Shown: piece by piece, positions 57,319-64,000 of the stretch
Position numbering within the stretch: the first letter of the stretch is position 1
Layout: every line of letters starts with the position of its first letter
Made by a program: the position numbers and the translations under genes
NCBI GenBank assembly: GCA_964410395.1
Contig: CAYPGS010000003.1
Coordinates: 7,112-71,111, forward strand
Reading direction: 5' to 3'
Length of the DNA: 64,000 bases
DNA from: an uncultured bacterium
Lineage (GTDB): Bacteria > Krumholzibacteriota > Krumholzibacteriia > JACNKJ01
The notes under the pieces: generated by a model
The model's database searches: none
Told to the model about the DNA's origin: nothing
The model's input: only the letters and a program-made list of their open reading frames with translations

Positions 57319-58569
57319 TTAGAAGCTGTAGCGCAGGCGCAGGAAGAGGTTGTCGTTCTCTGCGAACTGGCCGAACTGGGTCCAGGGGTCATCCCCGTCC
57401 ATGAGGTTGGCGCCCAGTGTCATCTTCACCGTGTCGGTGAGCTTGTAGGCCAGGCTGGGGCGCAGATGCCAGTCCGCATCCGAGGGGCTGTAGTAGCCGA
57501 AGAGCGAAAGGGTGAGGTTCTGGTCCATGGCCAGCTTGGTCACGCGGCCGGTGACATACTGGCGCAGTTCCTCAAAAACGGGACCGCCCGGCTGCAAGCC
57601 GGCCTCGTAGCCGTCGTAGTCCATCATCTGGATGCCATACCACTGCGCGCCCAGCATCCAGTCGCCGCTAAAGGACTTCTCCAGGCCGGCGATCATCCGG
57701 ATCTCGGAATTGGGCATGAGGGGATCGTCCCCTTCGGCATCATCGGCCGAATGGTAGTAGGCGCCCTCGAGATTCACGAGAAAGGAACCCAGCGGACCGC
57801 GCAGGCTGGCGCCGCCAGAGTCCATACGCGGGTAGACGAGGCTGGCGTCGCTGCCCTCCATGACCATCCCCTGAGGAGTGGGCCAGAAGCCGCGATAGCC
57901 GTAGAGGGCCCACTCGAAACTGCCCCGGCTGCCGTAGAAGCGGCCGAAGAGCTCGGCGCTGTCCAGGCTGCTCGCGGGTTCCCTCACCGGCGGCATCCCC
58001 TGCGGGAAGGGGCTCCACACCGAGAGACGGCTGCCGTCGGGCAAATGGTCCGGCGTGAAGCGTGGAGAGGCGGCCAGTTCGAGTGTGCTGCCGCCCAGGT
58101 AGAAGCCCAGGCGCAACAGGTCTTGGGGCGGCTTGAGATAGGCGTCGTCCAGGCCGGTGAAGAAGGCCTGCCAGTCCTTCGCGAAGAGGTCGTTCGCGAA
58201 GACGAGATCCCCCGTGCCCCAGGTGGCCACCTGGCGGCCGACCTTGATGTCCATCCAGTCGACCAGGTAGAGCTTGAGATAGGCTTCGCGCAGATCCAGG
58301 AAGTTGCGATCGGCTGAGGTCGCGTCGCTGAGGAGGTCGAAGCGCAGGAAGAACTCGGCGTCGCCCAGGCCATCCTGCAGGGTGAGCTGGGCGCGAAGCT
58401 CGTCGCGGGGGTAGGCCCGCTCGGCCAGGGGCAGGCCGCCGTCAAGCGCCAGGTTCTCTTCCAGGCGCAGACCCCAAGCGCCCTCCACGAAGCCGCCGAG
58501 CAGGGGCTGACTGGCGGCGCCGCCGATCAGCGCAAAGGTCAGAAGCAGGGTCGTTGAAAGAATTCGCAT
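57319..58569 (-). CDS. Outer-membrane beta-barrel protein of unknown function (MMPL-cluster associated)
   Basis: It has a signal peptide (MRILSTTLLLTFALIGGAAS), alternating amphipathic beta-strand patterning and a C-terminal aromatic residue (LRLRYSF). Confidence 0.6.
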   Translation of the reverse strand: MRILSTTLLLTFALIGGAASQPLLGGFVEGAWGLRLEENLALDGGLPLAERAYPRDELRAQLTLQDGLGDAEFFLRFDLLSDATSADRNFLDLREAYLKLYLVDWMDIKVGRQVATWGTGDLVFANDLFAKDWQAFFTGLDDAYLKPPQDLLRLGFYLGGSTLELAASPRFTPDHLPDGSRLSVWSPFPQGMPPVREPASSLDSAELFGRFYGSRGSFEWALYGYRGFWPTPQGMVMEGSDASLVYPRMDSGGASLRGPLGSFLVNLEGAYYHSADDAEGDDPLMPNSEIRMIAGLEKSFSGDWMLGAQWYGIQMMDYDGYEAGLQPGGPVFEELRQYVTGRVTKLAMDQNLTLSLFGYYSPSDADWHLRPSLAYKLTDTVKMTLGANLMDGDDPWTQFGQFAENDNLFLRLRYSF

Positions 58570-58573
58570 GGTT

Positions 58574-59380
58574 CTACCTCGTGTACTCGCGGGGCGGGTT
58601 CTTCAGCAGGCGCTCGGTGAACGCGTCGGCCGCCAGGCTGGCCTGGTAGTCGATGTCTTCGAAACTGATGGTGGTCTGCTTGCCGCGCTTGACGTCCCTC
58701 ATGGTGCGGATTGTCGCGGTGGGGAAGCCGTCGATCACCTCGACCGCCTCGACCTCGAAGACACGAACCAGCTTCTCCTTCTTGTAGTACTCCTCCTTCA
58801 GCGGCAGCTTGGATTCCTGGCAGATCCAGGTGAGCTTGCGATGCCAGTCGCTCGTGCCGGCTTCCTTGGGCCGGCTTTCGATCTTCCATGTGGCGCGCTC
58901 GCCCAGAGTCTCCTCGCCGAGCAGCTGGTGCTCGTCGAGCAGGGGCAGACGTCCGGAAACGTCCTCGTAGCTGAAGTCCGAGCCCACGAAGCTGGAGGAG
59001 CGGTCGTCGGCCGCGATCCGCTTGACCAGGTCCAGGGCCGGCATGTAGAGCCAACGGTCGTCCTGGCCGTCGGCGTGCTTGTGGACCAGGAAGCCGGTCT
59101 TGCGCACGTCGGCGGGCTTGATGAAGTAGGTGTAGTAGTTCTGGTCGCCCATGTCGGCGATGTCCCGCCGCAGCATCCAGAACTGGCGCTCACGGGTACG
59201 GCCCTTCTTGTCGGTGAGGGTCATCATCACCTTGGCCTGCCCGCCGTCACCGGCGTAGTAGTAGGCCTTGTGGGCCTCGTTCATGAGCTGGGTGGCGTCG
59301 GGTGTTTCCGAAGCGTGGATGCTGCTCGCTCCCAGCCCGACGGCGATCAGAGTCGCGATCAGATGAGTTCGGAATTTCAT
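58574..59380 (-). CDS. LolA-like outer membrane lipoprotein-sorting-type protein (MMPL-associated)
   Basis: It has a signal peptide and the LolA-like fold family typically encoded next to MMPL/RND exporters. Its start overlaps the MMPL gene stop. Confidence 0.6.
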   Translation of the reverse strand: MKFRTHLIATLIAVGLGASSIHASETPDATQLMNEAHKAYYYAGDGGQAKVMMTLTDKKGRTRERQFWMLRRDIADMGDQNYYTYFIKPADVRKTGFLVHKHADGQDDRWLYMPALDLVKRIAADDRSSSFVGSDFSYEDVSGRLPLLDEHQLLGEETLGERATWKIESRPKEAGTSDWHRKLTWICQESKLPLKEEYYKKEKLVRVFEVEAVEVIDGFPTATIRTMRDVKRGKQTTISFEDIDYQASLAADAFTERLLKNPPREYTR

Positions 59381-61746
59381 CAGTTGGCCTCCTTGGCAGT
59401 TTCATTGAAGCGGGGCTTCCGGTTCAGCTTTCCGGTTCCCCAAGGTACGAGGGCGCGCTCGCCGCGCATGCGGATCAGTCCGGGCAGGATCAGGAAGGTG
59501 GCGCTGCCGGACAGTGCCATGATGGCGAGGAAGAAGAGGCCCACGGTGACGTAGGGCACCAGGGCCGCAAAGAGCAGGGGTACGAAGCCCAGGGCGATCA
59601 CCACGATGTTTCGGCTGATGGCCCGGGCCGGTTCCTGGAAGAGCTCCTCCAGCGCGGTCGCCAGTTTCCCACTGCGCTTGTAGAGCTCCTGGCCGCGCTT
59701 CAGGAAGTGGATGGCGAAGTCCACGGAGAGACCCAGTGTCAGCGAGCTCAGCACGGCGATGGGCATGTCGTAGGGCTTGCCGCTCAGACCCACCAGGCCG
59801 TAGACCATGGCGATGGTCACGGTGAGGGGAATCATGGAGATCAGTCCCATGAAGAAGGAGCGGAGCAGGAAGATCATCATCAGGAGCACGACGAGGAACG
59901 AGCCCAGAAGGGCGCGCAGCATTCCCACGACCATCTTGTCCTGCCAGATCACGTTGATATAGGTGAGCCCGCCCCAGTCGAAGCTCATGCCTGCGGGCGT
60001 GACCGTGTCGTCCATGTAGGCGGCGGCCTCGTCGAGCATCTCGATGACGGCCTGATTGTCGCCGTCCTTGAGCTGGATCCAGAGCACTGCCTTGTCACCG
60101 TCGGGATTGATGAACTTGTAGAGATCGTCGGGATCGCCGCCGGCCACCTCGTAGAGGAAGATCTCCTGCGCGATCTCCAGCTCGTCGTTGGGCACCGCGT
60201 GCTTGGTCGAGTCGCCGTCGCTCAGTTCGAAGCGGACCTTCTTGACGATGTCGGTCAGGCCGGTGGTGGCGCCAACCTGGGGCAGGGTCTCCAGGCGACG
60301 CTGCAGGCCCTCCATGTAGTGCAGGGCCTCGGGCGTCTTGACGCTGCCGGCATCGGTGTCGACGGCGTCGAATTCCAGATAGGCCATGTAGGTGCCGGCC
60401 AACTTGCTGCCCAGTTCATGCTCGGCCACGCGAATGGGGTGGTTGGACTTGAACCACTTGGTGGGATTGTCGTTCACCACGATGTTGCTGATGCCGTAGG
60501 CGCTGAGCAGCAGGGCGGCCACGGTGAAGATCAGCACTGGCCGACGCATGTTCACGGCGAAGCGGCCCAGCTTGGGAATGAAGCGACCCAGGGCGCCGCC
60601 GCCTTCGTCCTGCTGACCGAAACCAGCGAGAGTCTTCTTCCTCAATAGAACGGCGTAGGCCGGGTTGAAGGTCACCGAGAGCAGCCAGGCCACGGCCACG
60701 CCGCCGGCCACGAAAGCGCCGAAGACCTTCACGGGGGGGATCGAAGCGCTCATGAGCGAGCCGAAGCCCACGACCGTGGTGGCGGTGGTGAAGATCATGG
60801 GCTTGAAGAGCTCGTCCATGGTGCTGGTGATGGCCTCGCGCTGCGAGCCCGACTTCTGGTAGCGCTCGTGGAACTCCGAGAGTATGTGGATGGAATTGAG
60901 CACCGCGATCGGCATCAGGAAGATCGGAATCATCGAGCTCATGATGTGGACGGTGTAGCCCAGGGCGATCAGCGTGCCCATGGTGATGGTCACCGTCATC
61001 ACGGCGATGAGCATCGGCGCGGCCACCACCGGCGCCTTGCGGAAGAAGAAGAGCATCAGCAGAAAGATCAGAAGACCCGCCAGGGGCGCCGATACTCCCA
61101 TCTGCTTGAACATCTCGCTGCCGAAAACGCTCTGCGCTACTGGCAGGCCGGTGATGTGATAATTCGCGAAGCCGCCGATCCGCTCCATCTCAGACTCGAT
61201 GGCCTCCGAGACCGGCGCGGCGAACTTCTTTTCCTCGAGGGGGATGTAGACCGCCACCACGCTCCCGTCCGAGGAAGCCAGCTTGCCACGCAGCATGGGA
61301 TTGGCCCTGATCTTCTCGGCCACGCTGGGCTGGGTCTTCCAACCTGTTCGCTCGTCGGTCAGGCCGCCGACGACCAGGGAGCCGTCCGGCGTGCGGTAGA
61401 TGTCGTCCACCGTGGAAGGGGCCATGACGTCGTCACCCACCACGCCCTCCATCTCCTCGATGGATTCAACCAGAGTGGCGAGTCTGCCGGTGAATTCCTC
61501 GCTGAGGAGATCGCTCTCTCCCGTGAAACCGAGGACGAGATAGTCGGCAAGGCCGAACTCCTCCTTGATGCGGGAATGGACCACACGCACCGGTTCATCG
61601 GCCGTAAGCATGTTTTCGGGATCGGTGTCTATCACGGCGCGGGGGACAAAGGATCCCATCGCGAGGGTCAAGAGGACCGCGCCGACGATCACCCATTTGG
61701 GGTGGCTCACGGCCAAGTTTACGAGTGTGTGTTTCGACTTGCGCAT
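59380..61746 (-). CDS. MMPL-family RND-superfamily transporter (12 TM, two SSD-like repeats)
   Basis: It has a two-fold repeated 6-TM architecture with periplasmic loops and the conserved TM-region motifs of MMPL/HpnN-like exporters (GAFVAGGVAVAW..., second repeat LVGLSGKPYDMPIAVLSSLTLGLSVDFAIH). Confidence 0.85.
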   Translation of the reverse strand: MRKSKHTLVNLAVSHPKWVIVGAVLLTLAMGSFVPRAVIDTDPENMLTADEPVRVVHSRIKEEFGLADYLVLGFTGESDLLSEEFTGRLATLVESIEEMEGVVGDDVMAPSTVDDIYRTPDGSLVVGGLTDERTGWKTQPSVAEKIRANPMLRGKLASSDGSVVAVYIPLEEKKFAAPVSEAIESEMERIGGFANYHITGLPVAQSVFGSEMFKQMGVSAPLAGLLIFLLMLFFFRKAPVVAAPMLIAVMTVTITMGTLIALGYTVHIMSSMIPIFLMPIAVLNSIHILSEFHERYQKSGSQREAITSTMDELFKPMIFTTATTVVGFGSLMSASIPPVKVFGAFVAGGVAVAWLLSVTFNPAYAVLLRKKTLAGFGQQDEGGGALGRFIPKLGRFAVNMRRPVLIFTVAALLLSAYGISNIVVNDNPTKWFKSNHPIRVAEHELGSKLAGTYMAYLEFDAVDTDAGSVKTPEALHYMEGLQRRLETLPQVGATTGLTDIVKKVRFELSDGDSTKHAVPNDELEIAQEIFLYEVAGGDPDDLYKFINPDGDKAVLWIQLKDGDNQAVIEMLDEAAAYMDDTVTPAGMSFDWGGLTYINVIWQDKMVVGMLRALLGSFLVVLLMMIFLLRSFFMGLISMIPLTVTIAMVYGLVGLSGKPYDMPIAVLSSLTLGLSVDFAIHFLKRGQELYKRSGKLATALEELFQEPARAISRNIVVIALGFVPLLFAALVPYVTVGLFFLAIMALSGSATFLILPGLIRMRGERALVPWGTGKLNRKPRFNETAKEAN

Positions 61747-61811
61747 GACTACCTCACGCGTCGGGGTGATTGGCTAGTTTCAGGAATCTTGTGTTCGGTA
61801 TTGCGAAGGCT

Positions 61812-62489
61812 CTATCCGGCTTCCAATTCTTCGCCTCGCTCCCGCCACTCGGGCGGGCCTTCGTTGAGGCGACTGGCCTGGAAGCCCTCCTTCCTAAGCT
61901 GCCGCACTGCCTCATCGGCCATGATGCAGAAAGGTCCACGGCAGTAGGCGACGATCTCCCGGTCTCTTGGGAGTTCGGCGATCCGGTCGGGAAGCTCGTC
62001 CAGAGGCATGGAGCGTGCGCCGGGAAGATGCCCGCCGCGATACTCCACCTCGGGGCGCACATCGAGCAGCATCACTTCGCCGTCCGCGAGGCGGCGCTGG
62101 AGGTCTTCGGCGCCCAGGGCCTCGAACTCTGCGTTGTCTGCATGGTGCTCGCTGAGCAACTCGCGCAATTCCGCAAGACGGCCAAGCGCCAGGCGGCGGA
62201 AACTGCGCCAATACTCCCCGACCGCCGGATCGGCCAGGTGATAGCGGAGGTGAAGGCCGTCCCGGGTGAAAGCCACGAGGTGGGCCTCCTTCAAGATCCG
62301 CAGATGCTGTGAGACGTTGGATGCGGCCAGGCCGGTCTCCTTCGCCAGTTCGTCCACCCCGCGCTCGCCCTGACACAACAGATCCAGGATTTCCATCCGC
62401 CGCGGGCTGGACAGGGCCCGGCCCATGATGCCGAACTGCTCGTAGAGCCTGGCCTTGAAGTCCATCATGTGGCGGGGATCCTGGGTCAT
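61812..62489 (-). CDS. ArsR-family HTH regulator fused to a C-terminal rhodanese domain
   Basis: The ArsR wHTH is RRMEILDLLCQGERGVDELAKETGLAASNVSQHLRILKEAHLVAFTRDG. The rhodanese motif is DVRPEVEYRGGHLPGARSMPLDEL...IVAYCRGPFC, with an active-site Cys. The start is at the second ATG (MTQDPRH). Confidence 0.8.
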   Translation of the reverse strand: MTQDPRHMMDFKARLYEQFGIMGRALSSPRRMEILDLLCQGERGVDELAKETGLAASNVSQHLRILKEAHLVAFTRDGLHLRYHLADPAVGEYWRSFRRLALGRLAELRELLSEHHADNAEFEALGAEDLQRRLADGEVMLLDVRPEVEYRGGHLPGARSMPLDELPDRIAELPRDREIVAYCRGPFCIMADEAVRQLRKEGFQASRLNEGPPEWRERGEELEAG

Positions 62490-62654
62490 CGATTCGCCTC
62501 TTAGAGTTAGTATCTGCGTAATTGCGAAAATACTAATGTAGCGGCGCGGGTTCTGCAAGCATATTCTTCAAAAAAATGCAGGAAATATGTAAAAACAATA
62601 AATGCAATGGATTGCAGGCGTCCATGGAGGGGCCAGCGCTGTTAGATCCCTTCC

Positions 62655-63809
62655 CTAGTCCTCGAGCCAGCTCTGGGGATAGGCTGCGTCCTCCACATCC
62701 ACCGCGCCCTTGGCGACTTTCAGCGGCGCGAAGGTGTCGATCATGACGGCCAGCTCGTCGGTGGCCTCCTTGCCGATGGAGGCCTCGATGCGGCCGGGCT
62801 GCGGGCCGTGGGGCATGCCGTCCGGATGCAGGGTCATGGAGGCGTACTCGATGCCCTTTCGGCTCATGAACTTGTCGTGGGCGTAGTAGATGACCTCGTC
62901 GGTCATCACGTTGCTGTGGTTGTAGGGCGCGGGCACGGCCTCGGGATGGAAGTCGTAGAGCCGCGGCACGAAGCTGCAGATCACGAATCCCGGCGCCTGG
63001 AACTGCTGATGCACCGGCGGCGGCTGATGCACCCGTCCGACGATGGGTTCGAAGTCCTCGATGTTGGTGGCCCAGGGGTAGTAGTGACCGTCCCAGCCCA
63101 CCACATCGAAAGGATGATGACCGACGACATGCTCGTAGAGCCTGTTCTCGCGCTTCACGATGATGCGGAAATCGCCGACTTCATCGTGCACGGGCAGGGC
63201 TTCCGGTACGCGGAAATCCCGTTCGCAGAAGGGGCTGTGCTCCAGATGCTGCCCGTACTCGTTGCGGTAGCGCTCGGGCGTCTCCACGAAACCCGCGCTC
63301 TCGATGATGAGGATGCGGTTCGCCCCCGAAGGCCTGAGCCGGTAGGTGATGCTGCGCGGAATCACGAGGTAGTCACCCTTGCGGTAGGGCAGCTCGCCCA
63401 TGATCGATTCGAGCACGCCCTCGCCGTCGCTCACGTAGAGGATCTCGTCGCCCTGGCCGTTGCGGAAGAAGAAGTCGTCGCCCTTGTCGGGCCGGGCCAT
63501 GGAGATGGCCACGTCGCTGTTGAAGAGCAGGGGCATGCGATCGAGCGTGAAGCTTCCGCCAGCGGGAATGCCGTCGAGCCTGAAGTGACGATTGCGCAGG
63601 GTGGTGTCGCTGTCGACCTCCCACTGCAGGCCGCGCACCAGGGACTGGCTCCTCACCGCCGTGGGCAGGCGCAGATGGTAGAGCAGGCTCGAAGGACCGG
63701 TGAAACCCATATTGCCCATGAGGTGCTCGTAGTGGATCCCGCCATCCTCATTGCGGAAGGCAACGTGACGTTTGCGGGGAATCTCGCCCAGTCGGTGATA
63801 GAAGGGCAT
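62655..63809 (-). CDS. hmgA: Homogentisate 1,2-dioxygenase
   Basis: The product is 384 aa, begins MPFYHRLGEIPRKRHVAFRNEDGGIHYEHLMG..., and has the metal-binding His/Glu pattern of HGD. It overlaps the FAH gene stop. Confidence 0.85.
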   Translation of the reverse strand: MPFYHRLGEIPRKRHVAFRNEDGGIHYEHLMGNMGFTGPSSLLYHLRLPTAVRSQSLVRGLQWEVDSDTTLRNRHFRLDGIPAGGSFTLDRMPLLFNSDVAISMARPDKGDDFFFRNGQGDEILYVSDGEGVLESIMGELPYRKGDYLVIPRSITYRLRPSGANRILIIESAGFVETPERYRNEYGQHLEHSPFCERDFRVPEALPVHDEVGDFRIIVKRENRLYEHVVGHHPFDVVGWDGHYYPWATNIEDFEPIVGRVHQPPPVHQQFQAPGFVICSFVPRLYDFHPEAVPAPYNHSNVMTDEVIYYAHDKFMSRKGIEYASMTLHPDGMPHGPQPGRIEASIGKEATDELAVMIDTFAPLKVAKGAVDVEDAAYPQSWLED

Positions 63810-63811
63810 GC

Positions 63812-64000
63812 CTACTCCTTCGCCAGGCGACCGCGAAGGATGCCCAGCCGTTCGATTTCAAGTTCCACCACGTCGCCCGGAGCCAGCCATCGACCCAGCT
63901 TGTCGGTGCCGATCTCGAGCAGGCATCCTCCGCCCACGGTGCCGCTTCCGATGAGATCGCCGGGGCGCAGATCCACGCCAGCCGAGGCGTGTGCGATCAT
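63812..64000 (-). CDS. Fumarylacetoacetate hydrolase (FAH) family protein, C-terminal portion only (gene continues past window end)
   Basis: The C-terminus DLRPGDLIGSGTVGGGCLLEIGTDKLGRWLAPGDVVELEIERLGILRG is characteristic of FAH-family enzymes. It forms an operon with hmgA. Confidence 0.55.
   Translation of the reverse strand: MIAHASAGVDLRPGDLIGSGTVGGGCLLEIGTDKLGRWLAPGDVVELEIERLGILRGRLAKE

Noticed and set aside
57307-60648. Plus-strand ORFs (57307-58317, 58568-59554, 59302-60648) overlapping the MMPL cluster
   Set aside because: They are antisense artefacts. The minus-strand genes show coherent TM topology, signal peptides and operon overlaps.

Overview
High-GC (about 65-68% in coding regions), gene-dense bacterial chromosomal window with genes on both strands. 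No rRNA, tRNA, CRISPR array, transposase or integrase was recognised. Six proteins end in the same C-terminal type IX secretion (T9SS, Por type-A) sorting domain (PNPFNP...GRxV...SGxYFxRL...KxxLLK). This implies a T9SS-bearing Gram-negative lineage, FCB-superphylum-like or Gemmatimonadota-like; the exact taxon cannot be decided from the sequence alone.

Gene content in order:
- NtrC-type sigma-54 response regulator (partial), FHA-GAF histidine kinase, and a Ser/Thr kinase-STAND ATPase-TPR protein.
- MarR regulator plus a tripartite RND efflux operon (membrane fusion protein, AcrB-like pump, TolC-like outer membrane factor).
- Two paralogous secreted proteins built from an unrecognised ~140-aa domain.
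- Three consecutive T9SS cargo genes, including a papain-like protease with PKD, beta-helix and T9SS tail; a divergent GT39-like glycosyltransferase-TPR; and a GDPD-like gene.
- A 54-aa peptide gene with perfect RBS and terminator, in a low-GC pocket.
- A second large Ser/Thr kinase, an NrnA-like DHH phosphoesterase, and a GAF-sigma54 activator flanked by CTGTCA/TGACAG palindromes.
- A ~250-nt terminated leader or candidate small RNA, followed by a complete F1Fo ATP synthase operon (atpZ-I-B-E-F-H-A-G-D-C) with a short epsilon subunit.
- Two paralogous giant repeat-module T9SS proteins.
- An HExxH membrane protein, a MacB-like ABC pair and a small secreted protein.
- mtnA-mtnB and nadA.
- A CotH/lamin-tail-domain T9SS protein.
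- An AT-rich islet with a BrnT/BrnA toxin-antitoxin pair and a 320-aa orphan gene.
- Flavin reductase; an MMPL transporter, LolA-like protein, outer-membrane barrel and DUF2892 cluster; an ArsR-rhodanese regulator; and hmgA plus a partial FAH gene (tyrosine catabolism).

The best candidates for novelty are the BrnTA islet with its orphan gene, the small peptide gene upstream of the giant kinase, the two novel paralogous secreted families, the GCTGGCR heptamer repeats abutting stop codons at two loci, and the structured leader upstream of the atp operon. Many long ORFs in the supplied track are antisense artefacts of the high GC content and were rejected.
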